From the human T2T-CHM13v2.0 reference genome, Homo sapiens, in assembly GCF_009914755.1 (NCBI RefSeq), contig NC_060934.1: a stretch of 64,000 bases of DNA. One strand, 5' to 3'. Positions within the stretch are counted from its first letter, which is position 1, and the number at the start of each line of letters is the position of its first letter. Positions 23,881-43,094 of the stretch are shown piece by piece. The notes beneath the pieces were generated by a model. It had not been told where the DNA came from, ran no database searches, and was given only the letters and a program-made list of their open reading frames with translations. The position numbers were made by a program, and so were the translations under genes.

Positions 23881-24419
23881 GGTCATTGTTGTATATAGTA
23901 GAAAGAGCTAAATGTGTAGCCACCTCATGTTGCCTTCTCTGTTAACCACACCCCACTCCACTCCACCCCATGCAAAAGGACCCATATTTTATACTATTTG
24001 TAGTTTTAACCAGTTGGATCAGGGGTGGGTACCTGACCTCCCAAAAGCCAATTTGTTTGAATGGCCAGAGACCATCAGATTATCCCTGTCAACAGTTTGA
24101 ACTAAGAGGCCAGAAGTCATAATCAGAAATTAAAAGCTACCAAAGCAAGCCACAACTACTTATAGTACAAGGGAGTCAAATAAGAGAAAACAGCAGAAGT
24201 CAAGTTGCAGAGACGAAATTGTAGTAGCGGTACAGGGAAAAAGAAAGTTGAGAAACCATGTGGCCAGAGAAACGTACACACAGAGAAGCAGAGGGAGAGA
24301 AGCAGAAGGAGGGAAGAGAGAAGGGAGGAAAAGAGAGAAGAAAGAAAAGAGGGCAGAAAGGGAAAGAGAAAGAGAAAAACCACTGAACTTGTTTTTTTTT
24401 TAATTTTTTCATTCATTAA

Positions 24420-25190
24420 TTGTTTCATTCATTTATTATTGATATTAATATATAATAGATGTGCATGTTTTCTGGGTACACATGATATTTTGATACATTC
24501 ATATAATGTGTAAAGGTCAAATCAGGGCTCACTCCTGTAATCCCAGTGCTTTGGGAGGCTGAGGTGGAAGGATTGCTTGAGGTCAGGAGTTTGAGACCAG
24601 CCTGAGCAACATGGTGAAATCTTGTCTCTACAAAAAAATTAAAAAATTAGCTGGGCATGGTGGCACACACCAGTAGTCCCAGCTACTTGGAAAGCTGAGG
24701 TGGGAGGGGATCACTTGAGCCAGGAGTTCCAGGTTACAGTCAGCTATGGCCATGCCACTGCACTCCAGCCTGGGTGCCGGAGAGAGACCCTGCCTCTTTA
24801 AACAAACAAAAAATGATCAAATTAGAGTAATGGTCTATGCATCACCTTAAACATTTATCATTTCTTTATGCCAATAACATTTGAATTATTCTCTTCAGGT
24901 TATTTTGAAATGTACAATAGGTTATTATTACCTATAGTCTGCCTACTGATCTGTTGACCACTAGGTCTTATTTCTTCTTCTATCTAACTGTATATTTGCA
25001 CTCACTAATCAATCTCTCTTCATTCCCCTCTGCCCCCACCCTTCCTGGCCTCTGGTACCCACCAATCTACTCTCCATCTTAATGACATCCACTATTTAAG
25101 TTCCCACATATGAGTGTCTTTCTGTGCTTGATTTCTTTCACTTAACATAATGATCTTCAGTTCTACCCATGTTGCTGCAAGTAACTAGCA
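24420..25190 (-). mobile_element. L1MA-type 3' end interrupted by an AluJ (+, ~24526-24812)
   Basis: L1 3'UTR antisense motifs (TTCCCACATATGAG, CATGTTGCTGCAA); L1 resumes after the Alu with repeated tcaaat. Confidence 0.75.
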
Positions 25191-26403
25191 TTTTCATGAA
25201 GCCCAACTTTATTTCATTTCCTTGAGACTTCCTTATATTGATCCAATTGCCTTCCTGTCCTTATTATATTTTATTGCATCCTTTTCTGGATTTTTTGCAA
25301 CCAAGAACTTTCACTAGAACATCATATTTCAATGTTACAAAAGGAAAAATTTTAATAAACCTGAATAAGAAAAGCCTTATAATCATCAATTTTCTTTTAG
25401 TAGGACTCTCAATTAGGAATTTTGTGCCATTGGTTTAGCAGTGCCATTGCTAGCTGACATTGTTATCTAGGGCATTTGAGCAAGTAAATGTGTTTTATCA
25501 CCTTGCCGACAGGCTATTTGAATTGGTTTCCAGAGAATCTGGCACTTTGAACTAATGAGTATTTTAACAGGTTCAAAGCCTTTATGGAAGAAAGTTTATT
25601 GTACAATCTCTGGGAGAATGAGAAAATATTTGGTTTCTTTGAACATGATAAATTACTAATTTGCCAACAAATGGATACTGTTACTCTGACACCTATATGG
25701 ATGAATGATTACCTCGCTTAGCCTTTTAGATATACAATTTTCTTTATTGCCAATACAACTATGATTTTTCATAGCAATGTTCCCTACATGGTAATTTCTT
25801 ATTCAAATCAATGTAGTTAATATGCCGCATGATAAACCATTGTTTAGCTATGACATATATATACACAGACATATAGACATATGTACACATGTACATTTTT
25901 TTCTTTTAACAAATATTTGCTAAGTGTCTACTGTGAACATAATGGCATTAGGTGTTGCTTGGGGACAAGTATACATAGGACGTCATCCCTGTTCTTAATA
26001 TTATTTTTAATGACAGATTGATGATTAATTTTATAAAATGTTCTTCTAAAACATAGGCACATTGTGCTTTTTCCAAAGGAAGCTGGTTTGGAGAATTAAG
26101 TTTCCTTTCACGTCTGGAGATCCATAATCTGTTAGAGAAAGTCGACTTGGATGAAAATTCTCCTCTGGTCTTTTGATCTTGGTAGCTACCACGCCTTGCA
26201 CAAAACAAATGAATAAATTAGTGAATGAGTGAATAGATGAAGTAATGAACTGGTAAGATTATAAATTGAAAAGTTTCACACCTGAAATCTGGTACACTCA
26301 GGGCAACACCTAGCCTTGGTGTGACTAAATAATTGTGGTTTTTTTTTGGTTGGTTTGTTTGTTTTTATCTGATGCTTACTTGGAGCATCAAAATCTTGAG
26401 TAT

Positions 26404-26719
<316 letters not shown>

Positions 26720-26809
26720 TCACTTATGTTTCTTGTCTAAGTGCTCAAAATACCCTTTATAGTAACATATACTAAATTGGGACTACTGCTTTCATCCCCT
26801 TGTTGACCT

Positions 26810-27255
26810 TTTTAGGAGAAGATGAGACATAAAATACAAGTTAGAGCTTACTTGAGTCAAAGTGAGGCCTGCTGCCTGGACACACGTCCAAGTTGCCTTG
26901 GGGAGTGCTCCCTCAGCATTTGTTACAAGCCAGGTTTTAAAGGCAAAGGGAACAAGGAGGGGGTGCACACAAAGTTGTTTGACAGCAATTCTCCTTGGTT
27001 TACAGAGATAACATTGATTAGTGATTGGCTATTCCTTTTTGGATTTTAGGGTATGAGTTATGATGTCCAGCATATGGCATTTTATGACTCCTCACTTAGT
27101 TTAGACCCCTCATAGCAAGTAGCTTCAGGAGGTAATTATCTAGCTCAAGGGAGAGTGATGTGATTACGTGACTGTTGTCACATTCCGTGCCTTTCTGGGC
27201 CTGATCATTTAAAGGAGCTAGCATTCTTCAGGTAAAAAGCTTCTTTTCTTCTTTA
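26810..27255 (-). mobile_element. Old solo LTR (LTR47-like, uncertain)
   Basis: Minus start GAAAAGAAGCTTTTTACCTGAAGAATGCTAGCTCCTTTAAATGATCAGGCCCAG resembles a recalled LTR consensus. Confidence 0.45.
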
Positions 27256-27355
27256 TTTTCCCCTATACCCTTGAACAATGCTAGAGAATTAATTAAAAGG
27301 AAACCTCGCTTCCCTCCAGTGTGTTTCAAAAACTTCTGTCCCTGCCCCAACCCCC

Positions 27356-27844
27356 AGATTAAACTCACTAATGATATAGAGCCCATATCAACTCCAAATA
27401 CTCAATAACCTCAGATTTAGGAAAATTAAATTATTGGGCAGTGATAGCTCCAATATTTCCTGCCCCAACCCCCACCTCAATTGTTAACACCAAGGAGAGA
27501 GGCATGGACCTGTTGGCTGCTTTTTCTCTAGCTTCTTCCATTTTCTGTCATGCATCATTTTAAACCCTTTACAGTGGGAAAAGTAATATCTTGCAAGTAG
27601 CCCACGCTGGGAAAGATTCCCCCACTGCAAACTTTATTGGTATCTTCTATTGAACAAATTGAAAACATGTGGCCACTATGTGTGGTACCACCTGATCTGC
27701 CTAAGGTCACTGAAGCACAAGACTTAGTCCTATCGAATGCTTATAAGATTAGGCATTACTGGCCAACATTTTAATTTCCCTACATCCAAGGTTATTGAGT
27801 ATTTAGAGTTGATATTGGCTCTGTGTCATTAGTGAGTTTAATCT
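27356..27844. repeat. 90-bp inverted repeat (27356-27445 / 27755-27844), 309-bp spacer
   Basis: Manual ungapped alignment of the left arm to the reverse complement of the right arm: 78/90 identical. Confidence 0.9.
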
Positions 27845-28267
27845 TAAAAATAAATCCTAAATTTCATTTTTAAAATGGCAGACTAAAAATGTTCCCACCT
27901 TCTCTCCTCTTCTAAATCATGTTTAAAATCACAGGGGATTGACTATAAGCATACATTTCATCTATGACAAAATTAGGAGACAGCCCTCACTTCAAACCAT
28001 GATCTGTAAGGATGGTCTTCTTTATGAGGTGAAGTCAAATTCAGATATGGGGAAACCAAGGAAAACATGCCCACAGGGGTATCTCTCAGGCAAAGGGGAT
28101 AGAGCTCCAGAGAACTGGCATATCTGGTGAGACAAGACCACAGCCCACTGTCTGAACCAAGATACAAGACACAGGAACAGAGTACAAGGGATGGTGGCTT
28201 CTCTGGGTTGGGTTTGGCACCAAGGAGAAGCAAAGGAATTGACATCGAATGAAGAACCACTGACCGC

Positions 28268-29323
28268 TGTCCAAGATACACAAAGCTGGACACTATTTGA
28301 AGTGGTTAAGGGCAGATTTAATTAGTAATAACTATTTAAATAGGAAAAAGAGTCCAGTGTGAACCGTACACAGGTGACAGATATCTTGGCAATTTAAAGG
28401 GATAATGAGGGAATAGGAAAAGGGGCTAGCAGAAGCTCAGTAGAGTCAGGGAAATGAAAAATTACAAAAAAGCAGAAAGAGGGTTGGTCAGTGTGAAACC
28501 CATCTGGGTTTGCTATTGGGCACTTAAGGAGGTTAAGCTCCTGCCCTCCCACAGAGGCTGGGAGACAGGGGCCCTATCTTCAAGTGTGGCCAGAACAAAC
28601 AGTAAATTCATTTGTCAGGCTTGAGTTTTTTCAAGCAGGCACCTTGAGGAGTGGGGGGATGCTAGGGTCATCCTAGGGATGTGGCTTTGAGCAGTTAGAA
28701 AGTATGTCAGTGCTATCGTGAATAGTGCTGCAATGGAATCAACCCAAATGCCCATCAATGATAGACTGGATTTTTTAAAAAATGTGGTACGTATACACCA
28801 TGGAATACTACGCAGACATAAAAAGAATGAGATTGTGTCCTTTGCAGGGACATGGTTGAAGCTGGAAACCATTATCCTCAGCAAACTAATGCAGGAACAG
28901 AGAACCAAGCACTATATTTATAATCAAACGCCACACCGTTCTCACTTACAAGTGGGAGCTGAACAATGAGAACACATGGACACAGGGAGGGAAACAACAC
29001 ATACTGGGGCCTATTGGGGGAGGGTGGGGAGTTGGGGAGAGCATCAGAAAAAATAGCTAACGCATGCCAGGCTTAATACCTAGGTGATGGGTTGATAAGT
29101 GCAGCACACCACTATGGCACACATTTACCCATGTAACAAACCTGCACATCCTGCACATGTACCCTGGAACTTAAAATTTTTAGAAATTCAATTAAATTAA
29201 AATTTAGAAAAAGAAAGTATGTCAGTGTTCATTCAAGTCTTTATAGGCCAAGGTTGAGGCCTATTCAAGACGAGGGCTCAGAGGAGCCTGGCTAGAGCTT
29301 GATCCAGGAGAGATTCTTTGTCA
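28268..29323 (-). mobile_element. MER31-like solo LTR interrupted by an L1
   Basis: Minus start TGACAAAGAATCTCTCCTGGATCAAGCTCTAGCCAGGCTCCTCTGAGCCCTC; left boundary approximate. Confidence 0.7.
28713..29211 (+). mobile_element. 5'-truncated L1PA with a short 5' inversion
   Basis: L1 ORF2 end and 3'UTR; exact 16-bp TSD agaaagtatgtcagtg (28697-28712 / 29212-29227). Confidence 0.9.
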
Positions 29324-30419
29324 CCATGAAATCAGAGAGGTGGAGTGTGCTATGGTAACAAACAATGAGGACCCCAAGGGCTGCTTGTCTGGGTTTGAGG
29401 CCTGGCTCAGCTGTTTACCAGATGTGTGAACTTTGGTGAATCAATAAACTTCAGTATCTCCATTTCATTATCTATAAAGTGGAAATCGATGTAATACCTA
29501 CACCATAGAGAATTCATGATGATTACATGAATCAATGTTTTTGAAGCACTTAGAACACTGTCTAGCACAATGTACAGGCTGTGTAATTGTTTTCTATAAT
29601 TATATTTTACAAAACTGTCTTCACATTATTTTGGGGGAAAAAGAGACTGTGTAAGGTGAGTAGCCCTGAAGTTGCTGATCTTGGTTCACTTGGGAGAAGA
29701 AAAGACTAAAAGTTTCAATTGCACACAGAACCCTATATTATAAAGGACAACAGTGTGAATCAGAGATAATCTTGGTACAGCTAGAAAATGGTTCTGACCC
29801 CTCTCCAGCAAAGACCTTCTCTAGAAAAAACTCACCTTGTTGAGAATTGAATACTAATCTGGAAAAACCAGCTCAGAATCCATACAGAGATCCTACTTAA
29901 CAAAAAATGAGAATTGAAGAAAAGAATGAAAGAGAAATAGAAGATGAAATACACTGATCAGAAAAAACGTTGTCGGAAAAGAAAGCAAACCTAAGTCAAA
30001 GAAACAGCAGAGCAAAACAAAGCGAAGCAAAACAAAACTATTTATCAGATTGAACTGAGTTATTCTGCAGCAACACAAAACCTCTAAATCTCAGTGGCTA
30101 AAAACAGCCAATTTTTATTTTTCACTCAGGCTATGTGTCTTTCTTGGGTTGACTGAGCCATGCTTCATGACATTCCTACTTAGGAATCTGGGCTAAAAAA
30201 GCCACCATTATCTGCAATGTCCTAAAATCTCTGTGACCTGGAGAAATGAAGAAGTCATATCATGCACTGGCTCTTAAAGTTTCTAGTGGAAATAACACAT
30301 GTGACTTCCACAAACATTTCCCTGGCCATAAGCTGCTCATTGAGCCACAGTTCATTTCAAATAGGGAGGGAAGTTCAATGCTTCCATATGCCCAGAAAAA
30401 TAACTACAATATTTGTTTG

Positions 30420-31290
30420 GGTTTTTTTGTATTTTTGTTTTCCTTTCAACTTTTATTTTAGGTTCAGGGGCTATGTGTGCAGTTTGGTTACGTGGGTAAA
30501 GTGTGTGCCATGGGAGTTTTGTGTACAAATTATTTCATCACTCTGGTAATGAGCATAGTACCCAATAGGTAGTTTTTTGATACTTACTGTCCTCCCACCC
30601 TCCACCCTCAAGTAGGCCCCTGTGTCTACTGTTCCCTTTTTGTGTCCATGTGTACTCAATGTTTAGCTTCTACTTATAAGTAAGAACCTGTGGTATTTGG
30701 TTTTCTGTTCCTGCATTAATTCACCTAGGATAATGATCTCCAGTTGCATCCATGTTGCTGCAAAGGACATGATCTCATTTCTTTTTTATTCCACAATGTG
30801 TACCTACCATATTTTCTTTATCTAGTCCAGCATTGATGGGCATCTAGGTTGATTCCATGTCTTTGCTATTGTGAATAGTGCTGCAATGAGCAAATACATG
30901 CATGTGTTTTTATGGTAAAAAAATTCATATTCCTTTGGGTACATCCCAGTAATGGGATTGCTGGGCCAAATGGTAGTTCTATTTTAAGTTCTTTGAGAAA
31001 TCTCCAAACTGCTTTCCACACGGCTGATCTAATTTACATTCCATCCAGCATTGTGCAAGCAGTACAAGCATTCCCTTTTCTCTGCAACCTCTCCAGCAAC
31101 TGTTTTTTTTTTCTTCTTCTTCTTAATAATAAGCATTCTGACTGGTGTGAGATGGTATCTCATTGTGGTTTTGACTTGCATTTCTTTAATCATTAGTAAT
31201 ATTGAGCATTTTTTTTCATATGCTTGTTGACCACATATATGTCTTCTTTTGAGAAGTGTCTGTTCATGTCTTTTGCCCATTTTTTAAATG
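30420..31290 (-). mobile_element. L1PA/PB 3' fragment
   Basis: Antisense L1 3'UTR; ORF2 C-terminal peptides [15 protein letters not shown] and TTMRYHLTPVRM. Confidence 0.9.
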
Positions 31291-31299
31291 GTGTTGCGT

Positions 31300-36300
<5,001 letters not shown>

Positions 36301-38324
36301 TGAGCTGGAGGATGTTAAACTAGTCTCATGATTATAACAAAACCTCTGACATACATGGAGAGAGTAAATAATGAAACGGGAAAGTCAGAGTCCTGGTGGA
36401 TACATGGAAATCTGCTTAGCTTGTTGCTTAAGTGGAATAAAACACAAATTGTCTCATGGATTTGCTATCGGTCACACAATTAACGATTCTCATCATGGTG
36501 GCTAACAAACCCACCATAATCAATTCCACCGAGTAACTGTTTTGACTTGGAAATAAATATAATCTCCTAAGCAACAGTGTATGGCTATGGGAAGTTTCAT
36601 GTGAATTCTTTTGGAGATTCTGAAAGTCTGTTGTGAATTTTTCTTTTCATTTTGTTTTGTTCTTGTACAAAGCCTGAGAAACAGGAGAGCAGAAGGTTTT
36701 CCTCTAGAGAAAATAACTGAAGAAACTCAAGTGTAGTAGCAAAGTGGGGGAAATAAACAGATTTCCCAGGAAAGCACTAAGGGGTTAGAAAACTTCTATT
36801 TTTGAAAAGACTGTTGGATTTCTAGACCCCGACTATGGAAAATAATTTTTATTTCTATTGATTATTATTGCTATTGAATTCTACTGAGTGGTCTGAAAAT
36901 ATTTAAGTGTGTTAATTTTGTTGTCTAATATTTATAATCCGTAGTCTGAAACTATAGGCATATATTGTCAATACCAATACCTAATACCTATTACCGACTA
37001 TGTATGAGTTCGCTTTTGGACTCTTAAACGCAAAATTCTCATTTAATGCACAACTGTATTTAATTAATATTGGTTTTCTCAAGCTGTAATTATATGCTAT
37101 ATTTAGTAACCTTTTAGATTTAGTCTTAATAATTGCTTAATAAAATATTCAAATTCAGCTTTTCAAAAGCCAGATTATTCTTTATGATAGTTGCCACCAA
37201 AGATAAAGTTCATCACGGTATATTTGTCATAGCAAATATTAATTAAAATGTTATTTTAAAACAAAATAGGGATCATATTTATTCAAGAGAACATGCATTG
37301 CATGCTTTATTATAATATGTCATTCATTTAGATTGAGCCAAAGATAGAAGTGGTCATGTAATGCTATGCACTTGAACAATAATCTTGAAAGACCGAACAA
37401 ATCCCGGTCTTAAAAAAGAAATCCCTAATTGCATTTGATTTGTTTCTCCTGTAGGGAACTCAATGTGTCAGGTAGCCACTAACTGCTATTGCCAATTTTC
37501 TTCAGATTATCAGCAGAAAAATAATTTGCCCAAACATCTGCCAAATGAGAAAAGAGTTTCAGTTCACTGAGATTTTGCTTAGAGCTGTAAATACTTGCAG
37601 GGGAAAGGGCAAGCCATGCAGATACATCAGCAAGCTCCTAGCCGACAGGCACTGCTGACCCCAATCTGCCAGCAGGGGCTACACCCTCTCCTCTTTGCCA
37701 ATTCTGGAAAATTGAGGTTGTTGCCAATGCACCTGGGCCACCTCACAGCTGGCAGAGACACAACAGGGACACGCCCCAGAAGCACAAACAGTGAGTTAGG
37801 ATGAGACTGTTGTGCTCAGCTGAGAAGGGGGTCTGACCCATGAAAGGCCAAATATAGAGGGATTTACAGAGGCCCACATCTGAGCTGCATTTTATCTTTC
37901 TGTTAGAGAGATTAGCAAGCATATTCTCATAAGTGATAAAGGTCATTTGCCATTTGAAAGCTCTTTTTAAAAGCCAATTGCCTGTTCACCACTACAGTTG
38001 ACCCTTGAACAACATGTGTTTGAACCACACAGTTCCTTTTATATATAGATTATCTTCTGCCTCTGCCACCTCTGAGACAGCAAGACTATCCCTCCTCTTC
38101 CTCCTCCTCCTCCTCAGCCTACTCAACGTGAAGGCGATGAGAATGAGGATGAAGACCTTTATGATGATCCACTTCCACTTAATGAATAGTAAATATATTT
38201 TCTCTTCCTTATGATTTTCTTAATAACATTTTCTTTTCTCTAGCTTACTATATTGTAAGAATGTAGTATATAATATGTATAACATACAAAATGTGTGCTA
38301 ATTGACTGTTTATCTTATTGGCAA

Positions 38325-39217
38325 TGTTACAGGAAAGGGGTCCAGGTCCAGATCCCAAGAGAGGGTTCTTGGATCTTGCAAGAAAGAACTCAGGGCAAGT
38401 CCGCAGTACAAAGCAAAAGCAACTTTATTAAGAAAGTAAAGTGGTGAAAGTAGGGTGATATGGTTTGGCTGTGTCCCCACCCAAATCTCACCTTGCATTC
38501 CCACATGTTGTAGGAGGGACCCAGTGGAAGGTGACTGAATCATGGAGGCAAGTCTTTGCCGTGCTGTTCTCCTGATAGTGAATAAGACTCACAAGATCTG
38601 ATGGTTTTAAAAAGAAGAGTTTCCTTGCACAAGCTCATCCTCTCTTTGCCTGCTGCCAACCACATAAGATGTGATTTGCTCCTTCCTGCCTTCTGCCATG
38701 ATTGTGAGGCTTCTCCAGCCACATGGAACTGTAAATCCAATTAAACATCTTTCTTTTGTAAATTGCCCAGCCTTGGGTATGTCTTTATCAACAGCATGAA
38801 ATCGGACTAATATACAGCTACTTCATAGACAGAGTAGGGGGTTTCCGAAAGTAAGAGGAGGAAGGCGTCCACCTTAAGTAAAATGCTCCTATGTATAGGA
38901 TAAAAAAAGATTATGGGGAGATGTGCTCTGCTAAGAGTTTGTGATAAAGGATTAATTTTCTTAATTACTTTATTTTGCAAGAATTGATATTGTCTTTAAA
39001 GCAAAATTAGGAATGCTTTTGTTCTCAAGATATCAGGATATTAGGACACTCCCAAGTCTAGGTCTGTTTAGTAAACATTATCAATCTGTTCCCTTAACTG
39101 TAAACACCTCGAGGCTAGGAATACCTAACTTTCTGGGAATGCAGCCACGCAAGTCTCAGCATCATTTTCTTAGCCCTCACTCAAGATGAAGTCGCTCTGG
39201 TTTGAACGCCTCTGACA
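38325..39217 (-). mobile_element. MER41-family solo LTR
   Basis: Minus start TGTCAGAGGCGTTCAAACCAGAGCGACTTCATCTTGAG, end GTAACA; 4-bp TSD GCAA. Confidence 0.85.
38456..38814 (+). mobile_element. THE1 (MaLR) solo LTR nested in MER41
   Basis: TGATATGGTTTGGCTGTGTCCCCACCCAAATCTCA...GGACTAATA. Confidence 0.88.
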
Positions 39218-39257
39218 GCAAGTCTTCCAGTCACCATTAGACTATTAGTAGTTAAGT

Positions 39258-39541
39258 TTTGTGACGGAGTCTGGATCCATCGCCCAGGCTGTATTGCAGT
39301 GGCGGATCTCTGCTCACTGCAACCTCCGCCTCCCGGGTTCAAGCAATTCTCCTGCCTCAGCCTCCCGAGTAGCTGGGATTACAGGCGCCTGCCACCACGC
39401 CATGCTAATTTTTGTATTTTTAGTAGAGATGGGGTTTCACCATGTTGGCCAGGCTGGTCTCGAACTCCAGACCTCAAGTGATCTGCCCACCTCAGCCTCC
39501 CAAAGCGCTGGGATTACAGGCATGAGTCACCACGCCCAGCC
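39258..39541 (-). mobile_element. AluS-type lacking a poly(A) tail
   Basis: Antisense dimer joined directly to Tigger sequence. Confidence 0.85.
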
Positions 39542-42268
39542 AACCTAGTTGTTTCTCTCCCTCTATCCACCTCACTTCCACTGACTACATTTAAGTACAC
39601 TAGCCAAGGAAATTGGAGAAATAAAGTCTCCTCACAAGGAAGTTCAGGTTTAACTTAGAACAAGTGGTGGCAGAATAAAGTTAATTTTGTTGTTTCTGGT
39701 TTTCTTTTTTTAATTGATGGATTTCTGCTTCTTTCTTTATTGCTTTCTTCCTTCTACCTATTCAGATTTACTATGATCTTACCTAGTTTATAAGTTTACT
39801 GTTTAGTTAGTTTCTTTAGACTTTTTTTAAACAAATGCATTTAAGACTATACATTTACCTTTACATACTACTTTAGGTGTATCTCACATTTTAAAAAAAT
39901 GTAATGCTTTGTGGTAGTTCTCCTAAATGTTTTGTTTTTTTAATTAAACATGAACTACTTAGGAGTGTGTTTTGGGGTTTCTAAACCTATATTTTTTAAA
40001 AGTATCTAATATTGTAGTCAGAGAATGTGTTTATGTAATAGCTATTCTCTGAAATTTACTGAAATTGTGACATATACATGATCAGTTTTTGTAAACATTC
40101 TTTGTGTACTCAAACCTATAAATATTTTCTATTTAAAGGATGCAGACCGATAGATCTATCTTCTTTAGAGAGAGAGAGAATTAGACAGTCTGGCTAATTC
40201 TGTTTCTTAAAGCTTCAAAAAGGATTTTTAAAGTTATTGTGCTTTGTCTGTTGGCTTCTGATAGAAATATATTAACATTTCACACTGTAATTATAGTTTT
40301 GTTAATTTTTTTCCTAATAATATTGTCAGGATTTATTTTATATATTTTAAAGCTAAGTGGTTAGGGTAATCATGTTCATGATTATTATATCTTCTTGGTA
40401 GATTTTCCTTTTATTTTTATGTAGTATCTCTATTTATCCTTATTAACACATTTTGGGTTAAATTGTACTTTGCTTGATATAACTATTTCTAGGCAAGTTT
40501 CTTTAGACTAACATTTTCATACTTAGCTTTTTCCATCCATTTACTTTAAGCTATTATCACTTGTCAGGAGGATTTGGCTAGCATCTGTTTATGTTTTTAT
40601 CTAAGCTAATAATATTTTTCCAAAGACTATTCTTTCAATTTACTTGTATTATAATTATGATATTTTAAAATTTATAACTACCATTTTATTTTGTGGGTTT
40701 TTTTGGCATATATACTATCAATATTTTTAACACAGTCTATAATTATTTAGTATTCCTGTACTCCTTTTAAACATACCTCAGACCTTAGAATTTTTTAACT
40801 ACTATTTACTTAAATTCTTGTAATACGATTGCTTCTAATGTTATTAATAATAACCAACACTTATGTGGCCTTTATTATGTTCCAGGGACTTTTGAAGTGT
40901 TTCACATACATTGACTCAGTTACTCCTTACAATGACCCTGTGAGGTCTCTACTGTTACTATCTCCTTTTACAAATGAGGAAACTGAGATAAGGAGGTCAA
41001 AGTGACTTAACCAAGGCCATAGAATTAGTAGCAAGTGGTGGACCAAAATTTGGATAAAAAAACTTTAAAACTTTATGGGGGAAACATAGAATAACAATTT
41101 TAATATTGGAGTATAATAAGATTTAGGTAATAAGAGAGAAAAAAGGAGAAACCACAAAGTAAAAGCTTGATAAATCAGACTTTATTACAATTTAAAATGT
41201 GTATTAGACAAATGGCACCTAAAGAAAGTTTCAAGGTCAAGCAGTGAACTGGGAAAGTTATAAGCCGCACCCTTGAAAGATAAAGGAGAGTTTTCCAGTC
41301 TATATAAAGAATTACCCATCAATAAGAAAAGGACAAGCAACCCCACCCTACCCAACTCTGCCCACCCCAACTAAAGAGCAAAAAGTGTGAAAATGCAATT
41401 GACTAACAAGGAAATCAGAATGATCAACACACTCAATCCCCCAGGCAATTGGAGAAAGGCTTGTGAAAACTAGGAGATGTAAGATTGCAGAAGGAGGTGA
41501 TATGTTTCCCTGCAACTGACAGCACCACCCACAGACACGCTCCAGCAGCTCTTACGCACGGTGGAGTCAGGCAGCCTGTGGATAAACTAGCTTGTTCAGA
41601 CCTAGAGGATTGGCACATCTAACTGGGACATTGAATAGCAAGGAATATGAATGACGTGGAGCCACAGGTACCTAAAATAATTTATCAATCAATCTGAAAA
41701 TGAATGAATGAAGTGGCAAGTAGGAGAAACGTATTAGAATGCAATACCGTTTATTCACAGGGTAAAAGCAGAAGGTTTATATGTTTTCCTTTTATTTTTA
41801 CAAGATAAATGCATATGCAAAAAGGCATAAAATGATATTCGTATGAAAATGATATTTACTTCTAGAGAATAAGGATATCCTCTGGAAAAGAAGAGACCTA
41901 TGAGGCTGTTGGGATTTGAGTATAAATATTGTTGCTTTAAATGAAGGATGTGAAAAAAATATGGCAAAATATTTACATTCATTTAATCTTGGTGGAGGGA
42001 GTCTGTAAGTGTCTGTTCTATGTATTAGCTGTATGTGCTTAATATTTTGCAATTTAAAATAGAAAATAAAATATGTATTATACATTGATTTGAAACTTCA
42101 GTTTAATAATTTAATTGAATTGAAATAAGCAATTCTTTAAATAATTCTGCAAGGTTCTCCATAAACTGAAATACAGCAAGGAATTGATTAAACCCAATTG
42201 AATCAATGGTATTTTACCATTTGGGTTTCTGGAGAATTTGCTCCTGCAGGAGATACTTTAAAAATTTT

Positions 42269-42619
<351 letters not shown>

Positions 42620-42715
42620 TCAGTGGCTCTCCCATAACTCCAATTAATAAAAGAAAACATCTCGTACAAGCAGTAGAAAGGTATTAGAATGCGATTTCAT
42701 TTACTCACAGGTTAA

Positions 42716-43094
<379 letters not shown>

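Larger units (their letters stand above)
37995..39260 (+). mobile_element. Tigger2-type DNA transposon, interrupted and 3'-truncated
   Basis: TA|CAGTTGACCCTTGAACAAC terminal repeat; sequence resumes at 39218 after the nested LTR. Confidence 0.75.

Noticed and set aside
26767-26784. CATATACTAAATTGGGAC resembles U6 nt ~19-37
   Set aside because: Too short, gapped and without flanking U6 similarity; probably chance
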